A stretch of 64,000 bases of DNA from an uncultured Hormoscilla sp. (GTDB taxonomy: Bacteria; Cyanobacteriota; Cyanobacteriia; Cyanobacteriales; Desertifilaceae): assembly GCA_963921275.4 (NCBI GenBank), contig OZ001293.3, forward strand, positions 5,728,001 to 5,792,000. Direction: 5' to 3'. The notes under the pieces are model-generated. The model saw nothing but the letters and a program-made list of their open reading frames with translations, did no database searches and had not been told where the DNA came from. Position 1 is the stretch's first letter, and each line of letters starts with the position of its first letter. Below, piece by piece: positions 10,504 to 23,523 of the stretch. Position numbers and translations under genes: made by a program.

Positions 10504-11409
10504 TCAATTATCAGCACTAGGATTTTCCTGTCCATCCTCACCATTGGGCTCATTTTTAGATTTAATCTCAGCCTGGGTCATTGCTTTATTTAACAGACTC
10601 TTAGAACGACCATTTCCTCGGCGCAGTGTTGATTCATCAAACACAGAGTCAAACAAATACAACAGGTTATCTGACATGGCCTTGGGGTCCATGAACACAA
10701 CCTTAGAATTATCGCTTTCACTCAGCTTGTAATTTCCATCCACATACTTTTGCGCGATCAGGTACTTCAAAAATTCCCGATTACTGGGCTGCATATTCAG
10801 GGCCGTAGCTATGCGTTCGATTGACTGGGCTTGGCCCTCAGCTTCCAGAATCTCCGCTCTTTTCTGAATTTCCGCAGCCCTTTCACGTTCCATCGACTCC
10901 ATGATCGCTGGCGCTGGCATAATATCCTGTACCTCAACCCGAATCACTTTTACCCCCCAGGCATCAGTTGCGTCATCCAATTGTGCTAGCAGGTCTTGAT
11001 TGATTACATCTCGGGAGGAAAAAGTCTCCTGCAGCTCCATTTTCCCAATTTTAGAACGCAGCACGGTTATCGTCAGGTTTTCCAGGGCGTTGCCAACGTC
11101 ATCGATCGCGTAATAAGCTCTCCTGAGATCCAGGATTTGCCAATAGACGACCGCATTGACTGTCAAGGGCACATTATCTTTGGTGATTGCTTGCTGGGGC
11201 GGTATGTCCAGAACCCGTTCGCTCATCAGCGCTTTGATGACGATCGTCTCCAGGAAAGGTATGACATAATTTACCCCTGGTTTCAATGTTCGGTTATACC
11301 TCCCCAAGCGCTCCACCAGGGCTTGATAAGGTTCTTTGATAATTTTCACTGCATCCCCGACGTAACCAATCAGGGCTAAAGCTAAGATGACAAGGACTTG
11401 TGGTATCAT
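10504..11409 (-). CDS. SPFH/band 7 (stomatin-like) membrane protein
   Basis: N-terminal TM segment, VERLG.Y...L.PG, ITKDNV and WGVKV.RVE motifs. Confidence 0.9.
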   Translation of the reverse strand: MIPQVLVILALALIGYVGDAVKIIKEPYQALVERLGRYNRTLKPGVNYVIPFLETIVIKALMSERVLDIPPQQAITKDNVPLTVNAVVYWQILDLRRAYYAIDDVGNALENLTITVLRSKIGKMELQETFSSRDVINQDLLAQLDDATDAWGVKVIRVEVQDIMPAPAIMESMERERAAEIQKRAEILEAEGQAQSIERIATALNMQPSNREFLKYLIAQKYVDGNYKLSESDNSKVVFMDPKAMSDNLLYLFDSVFDESTLRRGNGRSKSLLNKAMTQAEIKSKNEPNGEDGQENPSADN

Positions 11410-11569
11410 AATTAAGCGGTTCTCCTTTAGACTAGGGGTAGAAAATAGATTATCATTTCCATTTTATCTTTCATCCTCCCCCATTTTTAGTTACATTTCT
11501 TTGTATTGTTAACATAAAATTACGGGGCAGGCATGGCTGCCGGCGTCATGTTGCTACCATGAAAGAACT

Positions 11570-11750
11570 AAGTTGGACTAGTTCAAGCAGTTTCTCGGAA
11601 GTCTTGACTATTAACGTCATTGATGTTGCCGAACCTCCTACAGACATCGACCTCAGCAACAGCAGCATCAATGAAAACTCCGCATCGGGTAGCGTCGTGG
11701 GGACTTTCTCCACTACCGACGAAGATAATGGAGATAGCTTTACCTACCCG
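11570..11750 (+). pseudogene. Orphan cadherin-repeat fragment
   Basis: SEVLTINVIDVAEPPTDIDLSNSSINENS..VGTFSTTD..FTY matches the adhesin repeat at 15.8-22 kb. Confidence 0.75.
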
Positions 11751-13894
11751 TGCATGGTCCGGCTACACAAACAAAGCCCACCGGCGCGGGCTTGATGACG
11801 GACACCGAAAGCTCTCCGGAGACATCGAAGCTATGCTCGACGTAAAAAAAGATGACCAAAATTGCTCTACTAATTCAACTACTTTTGAGCCGCACCCATC
11901 ACTTGACGGGACAAAATGTCTATGTCGTAAGGGCAATACGAGTAGTGCGCCCTTTAGGCATCTCAGCCGACTCTGGGCTTTCTCCCTAAATGGCGTTGGC
12001 CTCCAAAGTCGCAGCCTGCGATCGCGCCCCTTAACAATAGAAATATTTTATCCGGGAATAACTGAGTCATTTCCAAAGGTAACTATTCATTTCCAGGAGT
12101 AACTAAATCATTCCACCAAGTACGAGAGTCATTCGGTGGCGTCACAACCTTTGGCTTTGACGTGAGACAAGATTACCGAAGGACAGTTGAGTAACTCCAA
12201 GGCCGGAGTAAGCACCTCCAAGGCCAGAGTAAGCGCCTCCAAGGCCGGAGTAAGCACCTCCAAAGCCGGAGTAAAATCGGGGGTGTGGTCTTGCGCCCGT
12301 TGGTAAGTAGTTCGTAGTTCGACCTTGCGGGCTATATTACATGCATCATCGATGCACCCGGCTATCAACTATTTGTGACCGCACCCTTCTGAGGGCCCAA
12401 AACGTCACCGGTTACTACTTATCACCTGTGGCGAACTTGCTGTTCCCAATGAGGAACCAAAAAATGAAGTATAATTAATTTCTTCCCTAACAAAGCAGGA
12501 AATGCTACTATAGATAGCTAGAAACTTGCTTCCCTCAAGGTCGCCGGTGACCAACCCCTAAAAAAGTTCATCCCTTACATCAGAAGATATTATGGCGACA
12601 TTTAACGTAGACACAGCAGCAGAACTATCCGATGCCATTACCAATTCCGCGGGTAACGGTCAGGCAGATACCATTAACATCACGAGAGATATTACCCTGA
12701 CCGGGTTGCTACCCCTTATTGAAGAAGACGTCCAGCTCACGATAAATGGGAACGACAACACCATTGATGGCTCCGACCAACACCGGCTGTTCTTTGTCCT
12801 CGGCGGTACAGTCAATTTCAATGACCTGACCTTTAGCGACGGTCTGGCCCAGGGAGGCAATGGCGGCGGCGGGGCAGCAGGCATGGGCGGCGCCCTGTTT
12901 GTCTTTGACGGGACAGTCACGGTGACCGATAGCACTTTCCAGGATAATAGCGCCAGGGGTGGCAATGGCAGCACCATTGGAACGGGTGGTAATGCTAATT
13001 TCGTCACTCCTACTGGTAATAATGGCAGCGTCGGCGGCCAGGGCAACATCGGCGGCGGCCCCGGCGGCTTCGGCGGCGACGGCGGCGACGGCGGCCCCGG
13101 CGGCTTCGGCGGCGACGGCGGTTTCGGCGGCAACGGCGGCGTCGGCGGCGGCGGCAACGGCGGCACCGGCAGCGGCGGCGGCCTCGGCGGCTTCGGCGGC
13201 GGCGGCGGCAACGGCGGCACCGGCTTCGGCGGCAACGGCGGCTTCGGCGGCGGCGGCAACGGCGGCTTCGGCGGCGGCGGCAACGGCGGCACCGGCTTCG
13301 GCGGCAGCGGCGGCTTCGGCGGCGGCGGCGGCCAAACCGGCTTCGACCGCTTCGGCGGCGGCGGCGGCGGCGGCGCGGGCCTGGGCGGAGCCATATTCAT
13401 CCGCGAGGGCGAACTCAACGTTTTGAACAGCAGCTTTAACAATAATAACGCTCGAGGTGGCACTGGCGCGAACAACGGCAGAGGTCTGGGGGGCGCAATT
13501 TTCGCCCTGCACATCACCACCAATAGCAACGGAAACAACCAAGGCATGCCCATTAGCCTGCCGATTGTGACCCTCATGGATGTAACCTTCTCGGGCAATA
13601 GCGCCGCTGATAATAATATGGGAGGCCCCACTCCACCGTCCATCATGTTGGACACCATGCTAGACAGTGAAGACCTGTTCGGCAACCGATTCACTACTGT
13701 GAAAGTTCTTAACAACGAGGATTATCAGGCCTTAAGGGCTCTCTATCAAAGCACAGGTGGGGCTACATCTTGGAGGAACAATACAGGCTGGGCTAGCTGG
13801 AATTTCAACAGCCCAACTCCCCCCGTTGCTTCTGTTCTTAACGGTTGGCATGGAGTGACGGTAGCTAACGACAGGGTGATTTGGCTCTTCATGA

Positions 13895-14640
13895 ACTTCA
13901 ACCAACTGACTGGCAGCATCCCGACGGAGTTAGGGAATCTTTCCAATTTGGAGGAACTCCGGCTGAACTTTAACCAACTGACTGGCAGCATCCCGACGGA
14001 GTTAGGGAATCTTTCCAATTTGGAGGAACTCCGGCTGAACGACAACCAACTGACTGGCAGCATCCCGACGGAGTTAGGGAATCTTTCCAATTTGGACAAT
14101 CTCTTCCTATACTCCAACCGACTGACTGGCAGCATCCCGACGGAGTTAGGGAATCTTTCCAATTTGGCATCTCTCCGGCTGGACGACAACCAACTGACTG
14201 GCAGCATCCCGATGGAGTTAGGGAATCTTTCCAATTTGGAGTTTCTCTGGCTGAACGACAACCAACTGACTGGCAGCATCCCGACGGAGTTAGGGAATCT
14301 TTCCAATTTGGACAATCTCTGGCTGGACGACAACCAACTGACTGGCAGCATCCCGACGGAGTTAGGGAATCTTTCCAATTTGGAGTTTCTCCGGCTGAAC
14401 GACAACCAACTGACTGGCAGCATCCCGACGGAGTTAGGGAATCTTTTCAATTTGGACAATCTCTGGCTGAACGACAACCAACTGACTGGCAGCATCCCGA
14501 CGGAGTTAGGGAATCTTTCCAATTTAAACGATCTCTTCCTGTACTCCAACCAACTGACTGGCAGCATCCCGACGGAGTTAGGGAATCTTTCCAATTTGGA
14601 CAATCTCTGGCTGAACGACAACCAACTGACTGGCAGCATC
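13895..14640 (+). repeat. 72-bp coding LRR array (10 full units plus 1 partial)
   Basis: Repeated NQLTGSIPTELGNLSNL with a near-invariant nucleotide scaffold. Confidence 0.95.
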
Positions 14641-14730
14641 CTCCAAGAGGTCTTAGATTTGCCGGCTGACAAGCGATTGGAAAACCCCCCTTATGTAAAA
14701 ACCGAGATTCCCGACGACGAGTTCTTGCTA

Positions 14731-15602
14731 GGGCGTGTCATCAATTAAGCCATATTACAGCTGCCGCGAGGTAGATGGCACCCAAGAAATTGCGAGCCGT
14801 TTTATCGTAGCGTGTCGCCAGAGCCCTGTATTGCTTGAGTTTTTGGAATAGATTTTCAATTAGATGCCGCCACTTGTACATTTCTTCATCGTATTCTCTG
14901 TGTTCTGTGCGGTTACTTTTTGGAGGAATGACAGCCATCCAATCCGCCTCTTTCAGGCGCTCGAGCACACGTTGTTCCGCATCATAGGCTTTATCTGCAA
15001 GCAGCGCGCCAATCTCACCGATTTTATCCAATAGCACGTCAGCGCCTTTCCCGTCGTGGGCTTGGCCAGGGGTAAGATGAAATCCTGTGGGATTGCCTTG
15101 GGCAATCGCAAGTGGCATGAATCTTTGTCGATAGTCCCCCTTTACTACGGCCTATGGCTTGGGTTTCGCACGTATCTGAGGGTGTTTTTTTTTGCACCCG
15201 CACGCTCGTTGATGGGCACGCAGGATGGTGGCATCAATCGCGGCGTATTCGTTATCGGCGTCTGAGGCCAAGACATCGAATACCTGCTTCCAAACTCCCT
15301 TTTCAGACCAACGGTATGGCGGGTATGAACAACCCGAAAATCCCCAAAACACTCCGGTAAATCCCGCCAGGGAATGCCAGCACGATATCGATATAACACG
15401 GCAGAACACGAATAATCTATTGTTCTTGGCTGTAGCGCCTGGGTCACCCTCTTTACCAGGTAAAAGGTGTTCGATCCGTTCCCACTGGTCGTCTCGCAAG
15501 CCATAGCGTCTCATATCATGCCCTCTTGATTGTTATTGCTGGATAAGGACTCCATACCGTATCCATCTATTTCTGTCAAGCAATTTGATTGATGACACAC
15601 CC
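14731..15602 (-). mobile_element. IS5-family element (IS427-like), defective, copy 1
   Basis: TIRs GGGCGTGTCATCAAT / ATTGATGACACACCC, TA duplication, transposase motifs [14 protein letters not shown] and LATRYDKTA. Confidence 0.9.
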
Positions 15603-15819
15603 TAGGTGATAACCTCAACCTAGACATTAGCAACAACTTCGGCGACATCAATGACAACATCAACAACTACACAGCTACCGGTTTACCAGGGGGCGTAACC
15701 ATCAACTCTCAGGGAGTTATCAGCGGTACCCCTACTACCGCAGGCATCTTTACCGTTACAGTAACCGCCATCGACGCAGTGAGGAATCAAGGGACAGATA
15801 TCTTTGACATTGTTATAAA

Positions 15820-18800
15820 GAACTCCCCTCCTACCGATCTAGAACTCAGCAGCAGCAGCATTGATGAAAACTCCGCATCGGGTGCAGTCGTAGGGACTTT
15901 CTCAACTACCGACCCTGACATTGGAGATACCTTTACCTACCAGTTAGTCACAGGCGACGGTGCCGATGATAACGACGCCTTCACCATAGAAGGGAACTCA
16001 CTGCAAATTAACAGTTCCCCTGACTTTGAGACCCAGTCCAGTTACAGCATCCGCGTCCAGACTACTGACTCGACTGGGAACAGTTACTCGGAAGCCTTGA
16101 CTATTAGCGTCAACGATGTTCCCTCACCTCCGACCTCCATAGTCCTTAGCAACAGCAGCATTGATTCTAACTCCACATCGGGTGCAGTCGTAGGGACTTT
16201 CTCAACTACCGATCCTGACATTGGAGATACCTTTACCTACCAGTTAGTCACAGGCGACGGTGCCGATAATAACGACGCCTTCACGATAACAGGGAACTCA
16301 CTGCAAATTAACAGTTCCCCTGACTTTGAGACCCAGTCCAGTTACAGCATCCGCGTCCAGACTACCGACTCTGTTGGGGCCAGTTACTCAGAAGCCTTGA
16401 CTATTAGCGTCAACGATGTTTCCTCACCTCCGACCTCCATAGTCCTTAGCAACAGCAGCATTGATTCTAACTCCGCATCGGGTACAGTTGTAGGGACTTT
16501 CTCCACTACCGATTCTGACTCTTCCGATCCCTTTACCTACCAGTTAGTCACAGGCGACGGTGCCGATGATAACGACGCCTTCACCATAGAAGGGAACTCA
16601 CTGCAAATTAACAGTTCCCCTGACTTTGAGACCCAGTCCAGTTACAGCATCCGCGTCCAGACTACCGACTCTGCTAGTAACAGTTACTCGGAGACCTTGA
16701 CTATTAGCGTCAACGATGTTCCCTCACCTCCGACCTCCATAGTCCTTAGCAACAGCAGCATTGATTCTAACTCCTCTGATAATGCAGTCGTAGGGACTTT
16801 CTCAACTAGCGATCCTGACATTGGAGATACCTTTACCTACCAGTTAGTCACAGGCGACGGTGCCGATGATAACGACGCCTTCACCATAGAAGGGAACTCA
16901 CTGCAAATTAACAGTTCCCCTGACTTTGAGACCCAGTCCAGTTACAGCATCCGCGTCCAGACTACCGACTCTGCTAGTAACAGTTACTCAGAGGCCTTGA
17001 CTATTAGCGTCAACGATGTTCCCTCACCTCCGACCTCCATAGTCCTTAGCAACAGCAGCATTGATTCTAACTCCTCTGATAATGCAGTCGTAGGGACTTT
17101 CTCAACTAGCGATCCTGACATTGGAGATACCTTTACCTACCAGTTAGTCACAGGCGACGGTGCCGATGATAACGACGCCTTCACCATAGAAGGGAACTCA
17201 CTGCAAATTAACAGTTCCCCTGACTTTGAGACCCAGTCCAGTTACAGCATCCGCGTCCAGACTACTGACTCGACTGGGAACAGTTACTCGGAAGCCTTGA
17301 CTATTAGCGTCAACGATGTTCCCTCACCTCCGACCTCCATAGTCCTTAGCAACAGCAGCATTGATTCTAACTCCACATCGGGTGCAGTCGTAGGGACTTT
17401 CTCAACTACCGATCCTGACATTGGAGATACCTTTACCTACCAGTTAGTCACAGGCGACGGTGCCGATAATAACGACGCCTTCACGATAACAGGGAACTCA
17501 CTGCAAATTAACAGTTCCCCTGACTTTGAGACCCAGTCCAGTTACAGCATCCGCGTCCAGACTACCGACTCTGTTGGGGCCAGTTACTCAGAAGCCTTGA
17601 CTATTAGCGTCAACGATGTTCCCTCACCTCCGACCTCCATAGTCCTTAGCAACAGCAGCATTGATTCTAACTCCGCATCGGGTACAGTTGTAGGGACTTT
17701 CTCCACTACCGATTCTGACTCTTCCGATCCCTTTACCTACCAGTTAGTCACAGGCGACGGTGCCGATGATAACGACGCCTTCACCATAGAAGGGAACTCA
17801 CTGCAAATTAACAGTTCCCCTGACTTTGAGACCCAGTCCAGTTACAGCATCCGCGTCCAGACTACCGACTCTGCTAGTAACAGTTACTCGGAGACCTTGA
17901 CTATTAGCGTCAACGATGTTCCCTCACCTCCGACCTCCATAGTCCTTAGCAACAGCAGCATTGATTCTAACTCCTCTGATAATGCAGTCGTAGGGACTTT
18001 CTCAACTAGCGATCCTGACATTGGAGATACCTTTACCTACCAGTTAGTCACAGGCGACGGTGCCGATGATAACGACGCCTTCACCATAGAAGGGAACTCA
18101 CTGCAAATTAACAGTTCCCCTGACTTTGAGACCCAGTCCAGTTACAGCATCCGCGTCCAGACTACCGACTCTGCTAGTAACAGTTACTCAGAGGCCTTGA
18201 CTATTAGCGTCAACGATGTTCCCTCACCTCCGACCTCCATAGTCCTTAGCAACAGCAGCATTGATTCTAACTCCTCTGATAATGCAGTCGTAGGGACTTT
18301 CTCAACTAGCGATCCTGACATTGGAGATACCTTTACCTACCAGTTAGTCACAGGCGACGGTGCCGATGATAACGACGCCTTCACCATAGAAGGGAACTCA
18401 CTGCAAATTAACAGTTCCCCTGACTTTGAGACCCAGTCCAGTTACAGCATCCGCGTCCAGACTACCGACTCGACCGGGAACAGTTACTCGGAGACATTGA
18501 CTATTAGCGTCAACGATGTTCCCTCACCTCCGACCTCCATAGTCCTTAGCAACAGCAGCATTGATGAAAACTCCGCATCGGGTGCAGTCGTAGGGACTTT
18601 CTCAACTACCGATCCTGACATTGGAGATACCTTTACCTACCAGTTAGTCACAGGCGACGGTGCCGATGATAACGACGCCTTCACGATAACAGAAAACTCA
18701 CTGCAAATTAACAGTTCCCCTGACTTTGAGACCCAGTCCAGTTACAGCATCCGCGTCCAGACTACTGACTCGACTGGGAACAGTTACTCGGAAGCCTTGA

Positions 18801-21800
18801 CTATTAGCGTCATTGATGTTGCTGTAGAGAACTCCGATCCTATCGATATCGACCTCAGCAACAGCAGCATTGATGAAAACGCCCAAGTCAATACTGTCGT
18901 AGGGACTTTCTCAACTACCGATCCTGACATTGGAGATACCTTTACCTACCAGTTAGTCACAGGCGACGGTGCCGATGATAACGACGCCTTCACCATAGAA
19001 GGGAACTCACTGCAAATTAACAGTTCCCCTGACTTTGAGACCCAGTCCAGTTACAGTATCCGCGTCCAGACTACCGACTTTGGTGGGGCCAGTTACTCGG
19101 AGGCCTTTACTATTAGCATCAACGATATTAACGAGTCTCCGACGGACATCGAACTTAGCAACCGCCGCATCAATGAAAACTCCACTGAGGGTACAGTTGT
19201 AGAGACTTTCGGAACTACCGACCCTGACATTGGAGATACCTTTACCTACCAGTTAGTCACAGGCGACGGTGCCGATGATAACGACGCTTTCACCATAGAA
19301 GGGAACTCACTGCAAATTAACAGTTCCCCTGACTTTGAGACCCAGTCCAGTTACAGCATCCGCGTCCAGACTACTGACTTTGGTGGGGCCAGTTACTCGG
19401 AGGCCTTTACTATTAGCGTCAACGATATTAACGAGTCTCCGACGGACATCGAACTCAGCAACCGCCGCATCAATGAAAACTCCACTGAGGGTACAGTTGT
19501 AGGGACTTTCGGAACTACCGACCCTGACGATTCCGATACCTTTACCTACCGGTTAGTCGGAGGCGCTGGTGCCGATGATAACGCCGCTTTCACCATAGTA
19601 GGGGACCAACTGCGAATTAATAGTTCTCCGGACTTTGAGACAAAATCGAGTTACCTCATCCGCGTCCAAACTACTGACTTTGCTGGGGTCAGTTACTCGG
19701 AGGCTTTCATGATTAACGTCAATGATGTTGCCGAGTTTCCTACCGACCTAGTTCTCAGCAACAATAGCATCAATGAAAACTCCCCATTGGGTGCAGTCGT
19801 AGGGACTTTCTCTACTACCGACCCTGACAATTCTGATAGCTTTACCTATCAGTTAGTCTTTGGCAACAACGTCTTCACCATAGTAGGGGACCAACTGCTA
19901 ACTAACAGTTCTTTGGACTTTGAGACTCAGTCGAGTTACATCATCTTCGTCCAAACTACCGACTCGGCTAATAATGCTTTTGAGTCGGTTTTGATTATTG
20001 ACGTGAACGATGTTGCCGAATCTCCTACGGACATCAACCTCAGCAGCAGTAGCATCAATGAAAACTCTCCATTGGGTGCAGTTGTAGGGACTTTCTCTAC
20101 TAGCGACCCTGACGATGGAGATCGCTTTACCTATATGCTTGTCTCAGGCGTTGGTGATGATAATAACGCCTTCACCATAATAGGGGACCAACTGCTAACT
20201 AACAGTTCTTTGGACTTTGAGACTCAGTCGAGTTACATCATCTTCGTCCAAACTACCGACTCGGCTAATAATGCTTTTGAGTCGGTTTTGATTATTGACG
20301 TGAATGATGTTGCCGAATCTCCGACGGACATCAACCTCAGCAGCAGTAGCATCAATGAAAACTCTCCATTGGGTGCAGTTGTAGGGACTTTCTCTACTAG
20401 CGACCCTGACGATGGAGATCGCTTTACCTATATGCTTGTCTCAGGCGTTGGTGATGATAATAACGCCTTCACCATAGTAGGGGACCAACTGCTAACTAAC
20501 AGTTCTTTGGACTTTGAGACTCAGTCGAGTTACATCATCTTCGTCCAAACTACCGACTCGGCTAATAATGCTTTTGAGTCGGTTTTGATTATTGACGTGA
20601 ATGATGTTGCCGAATCTCCGACGGACATCAACCTCAGCAGCAGTAGTATTGATGAAAACTCCCCTGAGGGTGCAGTTGTGGGGACTTTCTCTACTAGCGA
20701 CCCTGACGATGGAGATAGCTTTACCTATATGCTTGTCTCAGGCGTTGGTGACGATGATAACGACGCCTTCACCATAGTAGGGGACCAACTGCAAATTAAC
20801 AGTTCTTTGGACTTTGAGACCCAGTCCAGTTACAGCATCTGCGTCCAAACTACTGACTCGGCTAATAACAGTTATTCGGAGGTCTTGACTATTAACGTCA
20901 ATGATCTCGCAGAGAATTCCCCTCCTACCGATATAGTCCTTAGCAACAGCAACATTGATTCTAACTCTCCATTGGGTGCAGTTGTGGGGACTTTCTCTAC
21001 TACCGACCCTGACGAGGGAGATAGCTTTACCTACATGCTTGCCTCAGGCAACAATGCTTTCACTATAGTAGGGAACCAACTGCTAACTAACAGTTCTTTG
21101 GACTTTGAGACCCAGTCCAGTTACAGGATATTCGTCCAGACTACCGACTCTGCTAATAACACTTTCTCGGAGGTCTTGACTATTAACGTCAATGATGAAG
21201 CATTGAATTCCCCTCCTACCGACATAGTTCTCAGCAGCAGCATCAATATCAGTGAAAACTCCCCAGCCAATACTGTCGTGGGGATTTTCTCCACTACTGA
21301 CCCCGACTCTGGAAATACCTTTACCTACCAGTTAATTTCGGGCTTTGGTGACGATGATAACGCTGCTTTCACCATAGTAGGGGACCAACTGCGAATTAAC
21401 AGTTCTCCGGACTTTGAGACTCAGTCGAGTTACAGCATCCGCGTCCAGACTACCGACTCGACTGGGGCCAGTTACTCGGAGGTCTTGATTATTAACGTCA
21501 ATGATGAAGCATTGAATTCCTCTCCTACCGACCTAGTCCTTAGCAGCAGCAGCATCAATGAAGATTCCCCTGAGGGTGCAGTCGTGGGGACTTTGTCTAC
21601 TACCGATCCCGATAATGGAGATACTTTTACTTACCAGTTAGTCTCGGGCGACGGTGACGATGATAATGCTGCTTTCACTATAGTGGGGGACCAACTGCGA
21701 ATTAACAGTTCTCCGGATTTTGAGACTCAGGAGATTTACAGGATATTCGTTCGGACTTACCGACTCGACTGGGAACAGTTACTCGGAGGCTTTGATTATT

Positions 21801-22150
21801 AATGTGAACAATGTTGCTGAGTCTCCTACTGATATAGTTCTTAGTAATGGCAGCGTTAATTCTAATTCCCGTGTGGGTGCGATCGTGGGGACTTTCGGAA
21901 CTAGCGATCCCGACGGGGGAAATACTTTTACCTACGGGTTAATCTCGGGTTATGCGCTGCGCGCACGCTACGCGATTGGTGACGATGATAACGCTGCTTT
22001 CACTATAGTAGGGGACCAATTGCTAATTAATAGTTCTCCGGCTTTGGAGATGAGGTCGAGTTACAGCGTCCGCGTTCAGACTATTGACGTTACTGGGGCC
22101 AGTTACTCGGAGGCTTTGATTATTAATGTGAACTCAGTTGCCGAATCTTT
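15820..22150 (+). repeat. ~300-bp coding cadherin-like tandem repeats (~21 units)
   Basis: Repeated ENS..G.VVGTFSTTDPD..DFETQSSYSIRVQTTD. Confidence 0.95.
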
Positions 22151-22480
22151 TACTGACCTTAACTTCAGCAATACTCGTCAATCTTTAACTCTCAACCCCC
22201 AACCCCTAACTTTATCACTCTTTGAGAAGGAGGAGGAGGACACTCTGATCGGCGGGGAGGGAAGCGATCGCGTCTACGGAGGAGAGGACGCCGATCTTTT
22301 TGTCTTGGGGTCGGGCATGGGCTGGGATACTATCATAGACTTTGAAGATTACACGGACTTTATCAGGCTAGCAGGAGGTTCTCAGGGCCTCGATACCTGG
22401 ATTAATTTTGAATCGAAAACCATGGCCACCCTGCAGGGGATTGATGAGACCCTGATTAATGATGATTTCACTGTGGTTAA

Positions 22481-22744
22481 TTGAAGTTTACCTCAATGCT
22501 TGATGCCGGCGGGGAGGGAAGCGATACCTTTCACGGCGGAGATGGAAGCGATCTTTTTGTCTTGGAGTCGGGCATGGGCTGGGATACCATCATAAACTTT
22601 CAAGATGGCACGGACGCGATCGGGCTAGCAGGGGGTTCTCAGGGCCTCGATACCTGGATTAATTTTGAATCGAAAACCATGGCCACCCTGCAGGGGATTG
22701 ATGAGACCCTGATTAATGTCGATGATTTCACTGTGGTTAATTGA
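22481..22744 (+). pseudogene. Duplicated RTX-type C-terminal module of the adhesin
   Basis: Near-copy of ~22250-22490 (GGEGSD..DLFVL..GWDTI..ATLQGIDE..DFTVVN). Confidence 0.75.
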
Positions 22745-23523
22745 AGTTTACCACGATTGGGGGAACCGCGAGGCGATCTAGTTGAAAGCTCCGACCCTCT
22801 ACCTCCTACTTTGGCAATCTTCTGCGATGGGGAGGACACTGGGAACCGTTACTCGGAGGCCTTTAGGATTAACGTTAACGATGTTCTGGAGGTCCCCCCA
22901 GCATTAGATAACGATGTTCCAGAGGTCGCCCCACCAATAGTCTGTCAGGATGGTCAGAACGACCGCCTCAAGGGGACAACGGGGAACAGCTCTCAGGTCT
23001 AGGAGGGAAAGACTGGCTAAAGGGGAAAGAAACGATAGTAGTCATAGTCGTCGCCTATTCCCACAAAATCATAGAACTCGTGCCGACCGCTGAACTTGCC
23101 CAAATGACGCGCATTGGAACGATCTTGCAAAGCTGAGTCAAGGTGCATCACCAGATTGTAATTGGTCGTACCGCTACCCTCTTTCTCGACTGCTACGTAA
23201 TATGTACCGCCATCCAGAGCGGCCCCCGCCGGTCCTCCCCCGGGTCGCCAGCTTTCAGACAACCCAACTATCATGGGGTATTTTAGCAGCACCAATGTCA
23301 GGGCTTCCTTCACCAAATATCAAACCTACTATCTCGACTTCATACTCTAGCTTTTTCAGGGCTTGCGCACGCTGCGCGAAAAATCGCAAAAATGTCCGCA
23401 CAGCTCCTCCCCATCTGCCTGCACCGGCAACCGATAGGTCACTGACAACTATAAAAACTTTCTTTTTCTGTTCGCGCAGGCGAGTTTGCAGCCTGGTGTA
23501 CACAGCGCAATCTTGCTGCTTCA

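Larger units (their letters stand above)
12592..22484 (+). pseudogene. Giant adhesin (Gly-rich region, 24-aa LRRs, Ig-like domain, ~21 cadherin-like repeats, RTX-type C-terminus) interrupted by IS5
   Basis: Removing 14731-15602 plus one TA joins ..FLL to GDNLNL.. in frame with ORF 15779; one further frameshift near 21757. Confidence 0.88.

Noticed and set aside
12059..12275. 20-21-bp tandem repeats as CRISPR or iterons
   Set aside because: No spacers; reads as a degenerate heptad-coding fragment (TPALEVL).
12660..13715. Pro-rich and Ala-rich ORFs overlapping the adhesin
   Set aside because: Shadow frames of the GGC-rich glycine tract.
13895..14640. CRISPR-like constant/variable 72-bp periodicity
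   Set aside because: In-frame LRR coding repeat; variable parts are related to each other; no cas genes or leader.
21750..21765. Programmed frameshift in the adhesin
   Set aside because: No slippery motif; a single extra base is better explained by mutation or read error.
13895..22150. Diversity-generating retroelement
   Set aside because: No RT and no template/variable repeat pair with adenine-specific differences visible.
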